Part shown: positions 10,488 to 21,224 of the stretch, piece by piece
How the letters are laid out: each line of letters starts with the position of its first letter
Position numbering within the stretch: position 1 is the stretch's first letter
From: a virus
Strand: one strand, 5' to 3'
DNA: 64,000 bases
Virus record (IMG/VR): IMGVR_UViG_3300025030_000051
Coordinates: 32,001-96,000 of that record
The notes under the pieces: model-generated
The model's input: the letters and a program-made list of their open reading frames with translations, nothing else
What the model was told of the DNA's origin: nothing
The model's database searches: none
Translations under genes and position numbers: made by a program

Positions 10488-11669
10488 TTATATAGTTGAA
10501 TTAAAGACTTTTAAAATTTCTTCAAGTGAATCAATAACATAATCCTGTTCTTCTTTTGTTATTTCAGCGAAAAATGGCAACCATAAACCCGATGAACTAA
10601 ATTTATCTGTATTAGGTAAATTTGAACCATTATATTTTCCACAAAATACAGGTTCGAGATGTGTGCTGCCAATATCCCATTTGCATCCGATACCTTCGTT
10701 TTTTAATAGTCTTAAAACATCATTCCTTAAATACTGCTGTCTATCTAAAAGTATGTGATAGTTTTGCCAATTATATCTCGTACAATAATCAGGGACTTGG
10801 TTTCCTATAAAAATACCACCATATCTCAAGTTTAAATCTTTTATTTTCTCATTATAATATTTAGCAGCTTTTGTTCTTAATTCTATCTCTTCATCAATAT
10901 ATTGTAAGTGAGCTAAACCTACTGCAGCATTAATATCTGACATCTTATAGTTCCCACCCAACTTATCGAATGATTCTATTAACACCTTATTAGAATTATC
11001 TCTAGCATATGGGAGATTATTTGTGCCAAATGCCCTATATGATCTTAACCATTCTTCAGTTTCTTTATCTCTAACAACAATCATACCACCCTCTCCAGTT
11101 GTCAGAACTTTTCTTGCTTGAAAAGAATATGTGACAATGTTATCTGAAATACCAATCTTTTTATTCTTATATTCCGAACCAATTGCACATGCACCATCTT
11201 CGATAATTGGAATATCGTATTTTTTACCCAATTCATTTATCTTATCGATATCACAGGGTATTCCCATTTGGTGAACTATTATTATTGCTTTTGTCTTATT
11301 AGTAATTCTTTCTTCGATATCTTTGGTATAAGGCACACCAAAAGAATTAATATCACACCAAACAAGGGTCGCTCCGACTCTTGGAACTGAGAATGATGAT
11401 GCGACCCAGCTCCAACTTGGAGCTATTATTTCATCATCTTCATTAAAAAATTTTCCCCCATTTATATATAAAAGAGATACTTCAATAGCAACTGTCCCAT
11501 TAGAAACGGCAATATAATACCCTCCTTTATCATTATTATATTCTTTAATGGCATTTTCAAAAATAGAAATGGTTGGTCCATTTGATATCCACTTAGAATC
11601 AAGCACTTTTTCAATTTCTTTTAATATTATTTCTTTTTTTAAAAATGGACGCCCTAAAGTAATTTTCAT
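10488..11669 (-). CDS. DegT/DnrJ/EryC1/StrS family sugar aminotransferase
   Basis: SNGT; IIEDGACAIG; SFQARKVLTTGEGGM (PLP lysine); GGNYKMSD. Confidence 0.95.
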   Translation of the reverse strand: MKITLGRPFLKKEIILKEIEKVLDSKWISNGPTISIFENAIKEYNNDKGGYYIAVSNGTVAIEVSLLYINGGKFFNEDDEIIAPSWSWVASSFSVPRVGATLVWCDINSFGVPYTKDIEERITNKTKAIIIVHQMGIPCDIDKINELGKKYDIPIIEDGACAIGSEYKNKKIGISDNIVTYSFQARKVLTTGEGGMIVVRDKETEEWLRSYRAFGTNNLPYARDNSNKVLIESFDKLGGNYKMSDINAAVGLAHLQYIDEEIELRTKAAKYYNEKIKDLNLRYGGIFIGNQVPDYCTRYNWQNYHILLDRQQYLRNDVLRLLKNEGIGCKWDIGSTHLEPVFCGKYNGSNLPNTDKFSSSGLWLPFFAEITKEEQDYVIDSLEEILKVFNSTI

Positions 11670-11671
11670 TT

Positions 11672-12094
11672 TTATTCTAACTTTTGTTTATTATTTTTAA
11701 TATCATATTCATCCATACATTTTACACAAAGATTTTTTATCCATCCCTTTGTAGATTTAATATTTTCAAGTGAACCACACTTTTCACATATATCTTCTGA
11801 TAAATGTTCTGCAAAACTTATAAACCCATCTATATATTCATTTCCACCATTGACATAAAATCTCAATCCACCAAACTTCTCTTTTACTTGAACTGCAACA
11901 ACTTGTTGTATTTTAAGATGAGGGTTTGCATCAATGTATCCTTGTATGTAATTACACAATCTGTCTATTAACCAAAACCATCCATCTCCACATTCAAACC
12001 CCCAGCACATTGCTGTTGATTTCATATCAGAATATCTATCTTTAAAAATATTAGGATATTTTTTTACTAATTGTTCATCCAATTCATTATTCAT
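11672..12094 (-). CDS. Conserved phage hypothetical protein
   Basis: GDGWF..QVKEKFGGLRFY..CEKCG..GWIKNLC. Confidence 0.75.
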   Translation of the reverse strand: MNNELDEQLVKKYPNIFKDRYSDMKSTAMCWGFECGDGWFWLIDRLCNYIQGYIDANPHLKIQQVVAVQVKEKFGGLRFYVNGGNEYIDGFISFAEHLSEDICEKCGSLENIKSTKGWIKNLCVKCMDEYDIKNNKQKLE

Positions 12095-12342
12095 AATATT
12101 TACTTTTTATTTATTAAATTCCAGAATAGGTATCTTATAAACCTATATTGTATATTCATTGGTTTTATTTAAAGTTTCTTCATATCTACTTCTATTAATA
12201 AATATACTATTATTTTCATATAATATTGTGCTTTAATTTATTTAGATAATTTACAATTTTCATTATGAAACCTAATTATATTAGTTTTACTATATTCTTT
12301 TCCGCAATAAATATATTTTTCTGTTGGTTGTTTCTTTGTAAA

Positions 12343-13272
12343 TTATTTTTTAATTTTTTTTATCATATTCCAAATATCTTCTATAGAAATATTTATTTTT
12401 TTATTATTAATAAAATTGTCTAATTCTAATTCAAGATTAGTTTTTGATTTATCTATATATATATTATTATTTAAACATTCTATAAGCTCATATCCTATAT
12501 TACCATACTTATCTATCTTATTATTATTTTCATTATAATGAGAGGCATTAAAAAATAATTTATCACCATCCCAAAAAAATGATCCTCTTGATCCAGTTAT
12601 ATTAATAATTCTTGTTTTTTGACAATATATCCATGATGAAAACATTTCAATTATAGCATTTTTATATTTACATAAAACAAAAATACTATCACTTTTTATT
12701 GGAAATTTAAAATTATTTAATATTTTACTGTATAAAATTTCAATATTGTTTCCAAAAATATATAAAAGTATAGAAATATCATGTATAAGATAATCTTCAA
12801 TTATTGAAACATCATCTCTTATACGCGGACCCATGGATGTTCTTTGAATTTTTATAGTTAATATATCTCCTATAATATCAATATTATTTTTTATATATTT
12901 TACAGTAGGATCTATTAACCACACAAATCCATGAAAACAATCTTTCATTTCATAAGCTTCTTCATAACTAATTCCAACTGGCTTTTCTACTAATATATTT
13001 TGATCTTGAATTCCTTGTTCTTTTAATTCATTGTAAATTTGTAAATGAGTTGATGCTGGTGTACATATAATTGCATGAGTATATTCTTTTGGGACATCTT
13101 TTATTTTAGTCCAGAACGGAATATTTTCTTGTTTTTTATTAGGATCTAAATCAACTGTACCATACAAACCGTATTTAGAATCTTTTATAGTTTTAATCCA
13201 ATTTTTTGACCAATATCCACAACCAATAATTATTATTTTAAACATTATAATATAAGACTTCGTTTCTAACAT
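12343..13272 (-). CDS. Gfo/Idh/MocA family oxidoreductase (probable start at the MFKIII Met)
   Basis: IIGCGYW; ICTPASTH; LVEKP; DYLIHD. Confidence 0.9.
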   Translation of the reverse strand: MLETKSYIIMFKIIIIGCGYWSKNWIKTIKDSKYGLYGTVDLDPNKKQENIPFWTKIKDVPKEYTHAIICTPASTHLQIYNELKEQGIQDQNILVEKPVGISYEEAYEMKDCFHGFVWLIDPTVKYIKNNIDIIGDILTIKIQRTSMGPRIRDDVSIIEDYLIHDISILLYIFGNNIEILYSKILNNFKFPIKSDSIFVLCKYKNAIIEMFSSWIYCQKTRIINITGSRGSFFWDGDKLFFNASHYNENNNKIDKYGNIGYELIECLNNNIYIDKSKTNLELELDNFINNKKINISIEDIWNMIKKIKK

Positions 13273-14047
13273 TATTATTTTTTCTATTAGGTGAAATGTT
13301 AATTATATCTTTTGTTTTTACATTTTTAAAATTATTTTCTAATAACCTGTTTGAAATTTCATTTTCTAAATCTGAATAAAATATTTTATTATGTTTGCTT
13401 AGCTTAATTATTTTATCTATGAGTATTTGTTGATCATTATTTTTAAATTCTTGTTTATAAGACACGTCAGTATTTGAATAAGGAGGATCTAAATACATTA
13501 CGCAATCTTTAAAATTATCTATTATTTCTTTATAATCTACATTTTTTATTTGACTTTTACGTAATTTATTTTTTATGATATTATAATCTAATTCTTTAAG
13601 AAAATATAATCTATTACCAAACGATTGATTCATTCCCATTTCAGAAAATCTTAATAAAGAATTTATACAGGAGTTTGCTAAAAAATACAAGAATAGACCT
13701 TTTTCTTTTTTATTAGTAAAGTGTAAATTATCATTATAGCTATTTCTAAAATTGTAATATGATTCTTTATTAGTTTTTATATCACCAAACTTATCATAAA
13801 TGTAATTCTTAACATCAACGAAGTCTTTATATGAAAAATCTAAAACTGATTTCCAAATATAAATAACATTTTCATCAATATCGTTTATTATATACAAATC
13901 AAAGTTATCAACAACATTTACAAATATCGCTCCTGAACCAATGAATGGTTCAACATAGATTTTTTTATCAGTGTCTTTTATTAATTCATTAAAAATATTA
14001 ACAATATGTAACTTAGAACCCCTATACTTAAAAAATCTAACTTTCAT
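13238..14047 (-). CDS. dam: Dam-like (D12 class) DNA adenine methyltransferase
   Basis: KYRGSK; YVEPFIGSGA; NDID; YLDPPY. Confidence 0.88.
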   Translation of the reverse strand: MKVRFFKYRGSKLHIVNIFNELIKDTDKKIYVEPFIGSGAIFVNVVDNFDLYIINDIDENVIYIWKSVLDFSYKDFVDVKNYIYDKFGDIKTNKESYYNFRNSYNDNLHFTNKKEKGLFLYFLANSCINSLLRFSEMGMNQSFGNRLYFLKELDYNIIKNKLRKSQIKNVDYKEIIDNFKDCVMYLDPPYSNTDVSYKQEFKNNDQQILIDKIIKLSKHNKIFYSDLENEISNRLLENNFKNVKTKDIINISPNRKNNNVRNEVLYYNV

Positions 14048-14270
14048 TACTCTTATCGTAATAATCTACACAGTTATCAGTATTATCCGCATATATAACC
14101 TTAAGCTCGTTATTCACAGTTCTTAATATAGTAATCAGTGAACATCCCTCACACAATACGTGATGAGCCCAACCAGGTTCTAATTTATAAAATTCTTCAA
14201 ATACATCAATTTCTGGTTTAGCGTTTCCACCAAAAATTCTTTCTGAACAGTAGTTACAAAAATCAGCCAT
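14037..14270 (-). CDS. Small Cys-rich phage protein
   Basis: MADFCNYC..LCEGC. Confidence 0.6.
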   Translation of the reverse strand: MADFCNYCSERIFGGNAKPEIDVFEEFYKLEPGWAHHVLCEGCSLITILRTVNNELKVIYADNTDNCVDYYDKSNES

Positions 14271-14430
14271 ACTTTCACCCTTTAATGGAATTTTAGTTTA
14301 TTAAATTCATCACGAAAACTTTCTAAATAATTAGAAACTTGACCATAAATATTGATTCTAAAAAGCACATACATTATAGTATAGTTATTTGCTTGGTAAT
14401 TTATGTTTTCTACATTCATATATTAGTTTA

Positions 14431-14913
14431 TCAACAACAGGTATTAAAATAATTTTTAACATTTTTTATTTTTGCTGGTATCCCATAGGCAATACAATTA
14501 TTTGGAATATTTTTATTTACAAGTGAAAGAGCACCAATTATTACGTTTGAACCAATTGTGACGCCTGGTAAAACAACTGAGTTTGCACCTATTTGTACAT
14601 TGTTTCCTATAACTACTGGAGCTCTCTTTACATGAGTTCCGTTTATTGGATCTTTTTTTAAATTATATTTTCTATAGTCAGAAGAATCATGGGAATAAAT
14701 ATGACAACCAGAACTAATAGTAACATTATCTCCTATTTCAAGTCCAGATGATGCATCTAAAATACAAAAATAACCAAGCCAAAAATTTTTTCCTATCTTT
14801 AAATTTTGTTTTCCTCTGATAATATTAAATTGATTATACTCTATTCCAACTTCATTTTTTAATTCTCGCCACAGAGGATATTGTGATATTAATTCAATTT
14901 CTTTATCGATCAT
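14431..14913 (-). CDS. Hexapeptide-repeat (LbH) acyltransferase
   Basis: IGDNVTIS..IYSHD..VVIGNNVQIGANSVVLPGVTIG..GIPAK. Confidence 0.92.
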   Translation of the reverse strand: MIDKEIELISQYPLWRELKNEVGIEYNQFNIIRGKQNLKIGKNFWLGYFCILDASSGLEIGDNVTISSGCHIYSHDSSDYRKYNLKKDPINGTHVKRAPVVIGNNVQIGANSVVLPGVTIGSNVIIGALSLVNKNIPNNCIAYGIPAKIKNVKNYFNTCC

Positions 14914-15806
14914 ATTATTTTTTCCAGTATAAGATTATTTTTATCAAAAGCATTTATTCTTATAAATTCACATTTCAATAATTTAATAATTTCTTGTTCT
15001 CTTTCTAATTCTTTTTGTTTTAAATTTCCATTTTTGTCATAGTGTCTTTTTTCGTAAAATTCAATTATTATATTTCTTTTAATATCGTATGCATCTAAAA
15101 AATATCCAAGTTTATTTAAATAAACTTCACCGCCATTTAATGCATGCTGAAAATTTAAATCATAATACATATTAATCCAATCTATAATATCACAGACATT
15201 TTTATTATAATTGGGCCAGCCAAAATTTCCATTATTGATTTTTCTATTAATAGTAATTAATTTTTGTTTTTTACAATATTCTTTCCACATTTCTTTTGCT
15301 CTTTCTTTACCATATCTTTTTATCCAAATATCTTTAATAGATTTATTATACATTCCATTATATTTACCTTCTAACAAATATCCTCTCTTATACATTGGAT
15401 TATTTTTGCCAGATGTTCTTTTAGACTGTTTTTGTCTTTCTTCTAAATTTTTCCATCTCTTTATTTGTGATATTTTCATTTTTTCTATAGTTTTTCTAAA
15501 AATTGTTTTACAACGTTGCGAACAACTTCTACATTTTTTATTTTTTCTTAAAGAATTTCTATAACTTTTAATATTATTGTAAATAATTTCTTTACCACAA
15601 GATGGACAAGTTCTTTTAAATATTCTAATTTTTATATATTTATGATTCTTTTCATGATACTCACAACAACTTTTACACAATGTATTTTTCTTTATAGCAT
15701 CATCTAATATTTTTTTATTTTTATAAAAAATTTCTTTTTTACACTTAGGATTATTATTTGAATTTTGACAAATTCTCATCCAATTTTTTTGTTCTTCTTT
15801 TTTCAA
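14910..15806 (-). CDS. Putative homing endonuclease, two Cys-rich repeats plus Vsr/DUF559-like domain
   Basis: HALNGGE..GYFLDAYD..IIEFYEKRH; C-terminus closely similar to 2157-2900. Confidence 0.8.
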   Translation of the reverse strand: MKKEEQKNWMRICQNSNNNPKCKKEIFYKNKKILDDAIKKNTLCKSCCEYHEKNHKYIKIRIFKRTCPSCGKEIIYNNIKSYRNSLRKNKKCRSCSQRCKTIFRKTIEKMKISQIKRWKNLEERQKQSKRTSGKNNPMYKRGYLLEGKYNGMYNKSIKDIWIKRYGKERAKEMWKEYCKKQKLITINRKINNGNFGWPNYNKNVCDIIDWINMYYDLNFQHALNGGEVYLNKLGYFLDAYDIKRNIIIEFYEKRHYDKNGNLKQKELEREQEIIKLLKCEFIRINAFDKNNLILEKII

Positions 15807-15933
15807 TACTTTTCTCCCAATATTCTTTTAATATTTTATCAATGAAAACATTGAGTTTTAATCCATTTGTTTTACAGTATTCTCTATACTTTGAATGAAT
15901 TCCTTCTGTTATTTTAAGACTTTTTGTTTTCAT
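15754..15933 (-). CDS. Small ribbon-helix-helix-like protein upstream of the endonuclease
   Basis: Manual translation MKTKSLKITEGIHSKYREYCKTNGLKLNVFIDKILKEY (59 aa), RHH-like pattern. Confidence 0.55.
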   Translation of the reverse strand: MKTKSLKITEGIHSKYREYCKTNGLKLNVFIDKILKEYWEKSIEKRRTKKLDENLSKFK

Positions 15934-16154
15934 AGTTTTATATAATTAGAAAAAATAAAAAAATATAATTTTTTATAAAATTTTAATTTTATTTTTCATT
16001 TTCATCACCAAACTCGTTTTTCATCTCTTTTAAGTCTATGTCCATTTTCAACAAATTATACCAATACCAAAAATGGTTCCACATATTATCATCTTTAATC
16101 AAGTCTTTTAACTCACAGCATATTTCATAAATTTCTGATAGCAATTCTTTTTCT

Positions 16155-16691
16155 CTAGATTTCATTTGATAACCTATAATTTAACCAAGATTTATTATTA
16201 AAAACTTGCTTACAAGATAAATTTCTTAATATAGACTTATATAATTTTTCACTTGCTTTTTGCTTGTGTAATTTAGGAGCATTTTTAATTATATCAACAT
16301 CATATCCAAGAAATGAATCTGAATATTTAACATAAATTAAACCAACATATTCTGGAATATCTTTTAATAAAATTAAATTTTCCATCGTTACATAATAAAA
16401 ATAATTTGGTTTATCTTTTTTTAAAATCACAGATTTATTTGATAAACTTCTATGTTTATATCTTTTTTTAAAATCATTTTTAAAATCTCTTTTTGATGTT
16501 TTTATTTCATATTCATACATATATTCAGATTTAGTAATACCAAAAACATCTGCTGCTTGTATACCTCTGCCTGAAAATTCATAACATACAACATTATAAT
16601 TTTTTTTAAGTAAATAACGACCTAAAATTTCTCTTATTTCTTTAGAACTACTTATTTCTTTTATCATCATTAGTTTCTTTTTCAATTTCAA
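16155..16691 (-). CDS. MmcB-like PD-(D/E)XK family protein
   Basis: ADVFG..EYEIKTSKRDFKND..PNYFYYV..IPEYVGLIY. Confidence 0.75.
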   Translation of the reverse strand: MKLKKKLMMIKEISSSKEIREILGRYLLKKNYNVVCYEFSGRGIQAADVFGITKSEYMYEYEIKTSKRDFKNDFKKRYKHRSLSNKSVILKKDKPNYFYYVTMENLILLKDIPEYVGLIYVKYSDSFLGYDVDIIKNAPKLHKQKASEKLYKSILRNLSCKQVFNNKSWLNYRLSNEI

Positions 16692-16815
16692 AAAGCAATC
16701 TTAATTTTTCACTTTGAGAATATTCTAATCTTTTCTTTTCAGAATCTAACTTTATATAGTCTTAGAAATTTTAATTTTTCTTTGATTTAACATTTTTTCT
16801 TTCAGTTTGACTATT

Positions 16816-17766
16816 TTATAAATTTTTGATCCACTGCCAGGTCTTTTCCAATCCCTCTTTTAACGAAATTTTATACTCCCATCCAAGTTTCCTTAATTTA
16901 GAAACATCACCGATTCTTTTTAGTTCAATATCTTTTCTCTCTTCATTCAAAATAATTCTATTTAATTTAGTATCAGTTATTTCTTCCATTAGATCTACTA
17001 AATTAGTAAGAGTAATTCCAGTTTGAGTTGAAACATTAAAAATATCATTTTTAGAATTTTTCATCGTTAACAATACTGCATCGACAACATCATCTACGTA
17101 AACTAAGTCTAATACCTTTTCATCTGGATTACCGTATAAAAATATATCTTTTTTACCCTTTTTTATTTGATTGAAAAAATTCCACAAGATTTCCGTATAT
17201 GGTCCCGATGAATCCATTCTAATACCATAAATTGAGAAAAATCTATTTATAACATATTCTAAACCAAATAGTTCATGATAGCTTCTCAGAATATTTTCGC
17301 AATACAGTTTTCCCGACCCATAAATTGTGTGAGGTAAACAATTTATCGACTCCTTAATAGGAAGCTCTTTAGGCTTTTGATAGACACTTGCACTGCTTGC
17401 AAAGAAAAATTTAATATTATACTTACTAACCCAGTCAATCAGTTTTACACCACCATCAGCAATATATTTGTGTCCCTCAAGAGGCTTGTCATTGCATCTA
17501 TTAATACGAGTAGCAGCAAGGTGGAAAACCCACAATACTGTAAATGGATCTACAAAATCTTCAAAATTACATGTTGAAATATCAGTGTGGTGGAATTTCA
17601 ATTTTGGATTAGACAATAAATGTTCTATATTTTTAAGTGAATTAGTTCTAACTAAATTGTCTAATATTATTACATTATAATTTTTATATTCTTCATTATT
17701 TATAATTCTTTCAGCAAGATGAGAGCCTAGAAAGCCTGCGCCACCTGTTATCAAAACACTATTCAT
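16816..17766 (-). CDS. NAD-dependent nucleotide-sugar epimerase/dehydratase
   Basis: TGGAGFLG; HLAA; ASSASVY; YGSGK (YxxxK); RFFSIYG. Confidence 0.93.
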   Translation of the reverse strand: MNSVLITGGAGFLGSHLAERIINNEEYKNYNVIILDNLVRTNSLKNIEHLLSNPKLKFHHTDISTCNFEDFVDPFTVLWVFHLAATRINRCNDKPLEGHKYIADGGVKLIDWVSKYNIKFFFASSASVYQKPKELPIKESINCLPHTIYGSGKLYCENILRSYHELFGLEYVINRFFSIYGIRMDSSGPYTEILWNFFNQIKKGKKDIFLYGNPDEKVLDLVYVDDVVDAVLLTMKNSKNDIFNVSTQTGITLTNLVDLMEEITDTKLNRIILNEERKDIELKRIGDVSKLRKLGWEYKISLKEGLEKTWQWIKNL

Positions 17767-17935
17767 TTAAAAAAACTCCATTTTAAAATAAAATTATTTT
17801 TAATTGGAACATAAATTGTTCTTTGTAATTCATAAAAATCATAATATAAATCTTCATTATATTGTAAAAAATCTTTAGTATTTTTCCAATCAATAAATTG
17901 ATAAATTTTAGAAATTATTTGTACACTTATTGCAT

Positions 17936-18454
17936 TCATTTTAACTCAAATGGAGTATAATTATGAATCTCAACACAAGCATTTATAATATTTCCAATAA
18001 AATTGAAAGCATTCCAATATTTATTATGAGTGTGCCCATGGAGAATCTTTGTAGATCTATAATATAGATGTTTATACTTTGTTAGAAATTCTTTTGGATT
18101 ATGAACACACAACATTCCATTTTCAGACCAATAATCAACTACTTCAGCAAACTTCATTTTTTTCATTCGCGATTTTGACATATCGTTGTCCCCTTTGACC
18201 AAGATAACCTGTCCATTTAACCTTTCAGCAAAAGAAGGAATAAGTTTTTTTGGCCCCATTGCAAAATCACCAAGATGAATCACTATATCATTTTTATCAA
18301 CTACACTGTTCCAATTATTTATCATAGTTTCATTCATTTCTTCAACAGATTGAAAGGGACGATTGCAATATTTAATAATATTTTCGTGATTAAAATGAGT
18401 ATCAGATATAAAAAAAGTTTTTACCATTGTTTTAATTTGAAACTTTATTTTCAT
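17936..18454 (-). CDS. Calcineurin-like metallophosphoesterase
   Basis: SDTHF; HLGDF; HGHTH; the usual GNHD motif appears as GDND. Confidence 0.85.
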   Translation of the reverse strand: MKIKFQIKTMVKTFFISDTHFNHENIIKYCNRPFQSVEEMNETMINNWNSVVDKNDIVIHLGDFAMGPKKLIPSFAERLNGQVILVKGDNDMSKSRMKKMKFAEVVDYWSENGMLCVHNPKEFLTKYKHLYYRSTKILHGHTHNKYWNAFNFIGNIINACVEIHNYTPFELK

Positions 18455-18517
18455 TCAAAATTTATTTTTAAACTAGTAAAGTCATTTGTTTCAACATCAC
18501 AAATAAAATGTAACATT

Positions 18518-18811
18518 TTATATTTTTACCAATTTAAATGCACTGAATTCTTTAAAATCTTCTATTCTTGTCATTATACAGCTTCCACACAATAAATTCT
18601 GACTTTGTCTTATTTTATCCCAAATATCATCTGTAACTGTGATATCTACTTTATATTTTAAACCACAGGACTGACAAGTCCAGCCATAATTTTCGTTTTT
18701 AAAAAAAGTACCACACTCATTGCATAGAATTACTTTTGCTTCTAAAACTTTTTTACTCCAATCATAGTTATAATGAAAGTTATCTATATTATTACAACTT
18801 GGACATTTCAT
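18518..18811 (-). CDS. Zn-finger hypothetical protein
   Basis: Four CxxC motifs. Confidence 0.6.
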   Translation of the reverse strand: MKCPSCNNIDNFHYNYDWSKKVLEAKVILCNECGTFFKNENYGWTCQSCGLKYKVDITVTDDIWDKIRQSQNLLCGSCIMTRIEDFKEFSAFKLVKI

Positions 18812-19618
18812 TTATTTAAACCTTTCATCATTTTTTACTAGTTGTGTATATTTATCTTTAATGCGTTGAATTGCGAATTGTTGGTAACCTGGATTTTGTT
18901 TGGTTCCTCTATTTATTAAACCATTAATTATTTCACTCCCAGCAGAATATTTAGATTGGCGATAGTACCAACAGGGATTTTGTATATATGTTCCCTTATA
19001 TTCATTAAAAAGTATTCTTGACCAAAATTCCATATCTGCAGCGCCTTCATATTCTAAATCAGGTTCTCCTATTAAACTGTGTAATTCTCTTTTATACACG
19101 GTTCCACTTGCCAACATGTTATTGTTTGCTCTTGTAACCTTATTATTAGTTACTCCAAACCATTGTTTAAACTGTTTTAACGATTCTCTATATTCAATAT
19201 AATATTCTGGATGTATTAATATAGATTGCAGGGATAAATCTTCTGAAACTTTAAAACCATTTGCTGTAACAAAATATAAATCTTTTTCTTTTTCAAACCA
19301 ATATTTAACTTGTTCATAAAACATAGAAGTCATTACATCATCTTGACCAGAAATTTGAACATATTCTCCTTCTAAATATGGAATTACACCGACATATGAA
19401 CCAGCACACATTTTATTACCATAATTAATTTTTGAATAAATATATTTAACATCATTTGAAACTTCTTTAATATCATCTTTTATTATCTCATCACCACAAT
19501 CATTAAAAATAATGTACGTAAAATCTATTCCAGATTTTATTAAAGACATTAAATTTAATTTAATGGTTTCTAAAATAAATTCATTTCTTTTATATACACT
19601 TTGTACTATACTTATCAT
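18812..19618 (-). CDS. Glycosyltransferase family 2
   Basis: MISIV; FNDCG; GQDDVM; ADMEFWSR; YYRQ. Confidence 0.85.
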   Translation of the reverse strand: MISIVQSVYKRNEFILETIKLNLMSLIKSGIDFTYIIFNDCGDEIIKDDIKEVSNDVKYIYSKINYGNKMCAGSYVGVIPYLEGEYVQISGQDDVMTSMFYEQVKYWFEKEKDLYFVTANGFKVSEDLSLQSILIHPEYYIEYRESLKQFKQWFGVTNNKVTRANNNMLASGTVYKRELHSLIGEPDLEYEGAADMEFWSRILFNEYKGTYIQNPCWYYRQSKYSAGSEIINGLINRGTKQNPGYQQFAIQRIKDKYTQLVKNDERFK

Positions 19619-19969
19619 GTATTATTGTTGTCATAATTCTTTTTTATTAATTCTATGAGCTTTGGATTTCTATACTCAAAATTATCTGGAATATTTAAAC
19701 AAATTATTTTTTTATTAGTCATTTCAAAAAGAATATTTTTTTGATTTTTATCCATGCATACAACTTCATCTGCCCATTCTAAAACAACATCGTCTATTGG
19801 TATTAAAGCAAACTCTTTAGAAAGTCCAACTGATCTTGTATTATAATTGTATGGTTCTTGTGATAATACAAGTGCTGTTGTTGGTGATCTAAGTAAACCG
19901 GCAGAACAAACACATAATACTTTTTTATATTTTCCTTGATTTATTATTAATATTTGCCATTCTATTCAT
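19615..19969 (-). pseudogene. Low-molecular-weight phosphatase-like protein, frameshifted near the N-terminus
   Basis: Main frame reads KYKKVLCVCSAGLLRSPT..NTRSVG..LEWADEVVCM (CX5R P-loop); the ATG at 19969 (MNRMANINNK) is out of frame, span 355 nt. Confidence 0.75.
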
Positions 19970-19980
19970 TTTGAATTCTG

Positions 19981-20299
19981 TCATAATTCTATAACTCTTT
20001 TACCAATTTGTGCAAAATTACTTTCTGCTTTTTTATTATCTTTTTCTTTTAAAAATTCAATTATTTCAATATTTTTTAACTCCTTCAATTCAGCCTTATC
20101 AAATTCATGTTGTATTTCATTTAATATTTTATTAATATAAAGTGATTGTGAATATAAAAGTTCTTCAGTAATAAAAAAAAGTAAAGATTTTATCATTTTT
20201 TTTAATATAAAATCTATGAACACCATTATCATAGTAACTTTTGACTTTACATTCAAATTTTGTTTCTATTAAATTCTTTAATTCATATAAAATCTGCAT
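19981..20299 (-). pseudogene. Hypothetical protein split by a frameshift in a T8 run (20173-20180)
   Basis: MQILYELK..KIFTFF joins ITEELLYSQ.. if one T is removed. Confidence 0.5.
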
Positions 20300-20777
20300 T
20301 TTTAATATATTCATCAAAATCTTCTTGACTGTAAGTTTCTTTAATATCTTTTTTATATATAATTTTAGCAGGATTACCATAAGCAATTGCATTATTAGGG
20401 ACATCTTTAGTAACAACTGAACCGGCGCCTATTATTGCACTATTACCAATGTTTACAGGCAATAAAGTTACTCCACTTCCAATTCTTACATTATTACCAA
20501 CTTTTGTTTTTCTCAATATCCAATTTTCTTTATTTTCTTTAAATAAATCATTAGTAAATGCACACAAATGTGAAATAAAACAGTCATCACCAATTTCTAC
20601 ACCCTCACAAATGAAAGTATGAGAACTTATTCTTGTTCTGTTTCCTATTTTTACATTTTTCTGAATTTCAACAAAGGGACCTATTAAGCAATTTTCTCCT
20701 ATTTCACAGTCATATAAATTAACTTGATCTAAATTTATTATTTTAGTATTTTTGCCTATTTTACAATTAGTTATCAT
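20283..20777 (-). CDS. Hexapeptide N-acetyltransferase (WbpD/WlbB/WxcM-like)
   Basis: NLYDCEIG..IGPFVEIQKNVKIG..SSHTFICEGV..FTND..GNPAK. Confidence 0.9.
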   Translation of the reverse strand: MITNCKIGKNTKIINLDQVNLYDCEIGENCLIGPFVEIQKNVKIGNRTRISSHTFICEGVEIGDDCFISHLCAFTNDLFKENKENWILRKTKVGNNVRIGSGVTLLPVNIGNSAIIGAGSVVTKDVPNNAIAYGNPAKIIYKKDIKETYSQEDFDEYIKNADFI

Positions 20778-20780
20778 TTT

Positions 20781-21224
20781 TTATTTTCTCTTTAGAGTTA
20801 AACTTTCTGAATCGTATTCAAATTCTTGTGACAATGAAATTGTAGATGATTCTTTTTTCTCTATTTTTTCTATTTGTTTTATATTTTCTTTTCTAATCAT
20901 TTGAAAGTTAGCTTCATAACGTCTTTCGCTTGCAAAATCGAATGTTGATTTAAGATATCTATATGCATCTCTACTTATTTTTCCTTTTAATGGAATGCAA
21001 TAGCCTACACAAGTCTGATAGTGTAATTCACCATCTATGTCTCTTGTCAAATAATACAAATCGTCATCACCAATATTAAATCCCTCTAATATTTCAAGCT
21101 TATCATACAGTGTGTAAACAATAGTATTAAGATATTTCTTAACGAATCTTCTACAAAGCTTAGTGTTTGTTTGACGAAAAACTTTATAGATTAAAAAGTG
21201 TCTTACTATATAATATAGTTTCAT
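20781..21224 (-). CDS. Hypothetical protein
   Basis: ORF coupled to its neighbours. Confidence 0.55.
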   Translation of the reverse strand: MKLYYIVRHFLIYKVFRQTNTKLCRRFVKKYLNTIVYTLYDKLEILEGFNIGDDDLYYLTRDIDGELHYQTCVGYCIPLKGKISRDAYRYLKSTFDFASERRYEANFQMIRKENIKQIEKIEKKESSTISLSQEFEYDSESLTLKRK

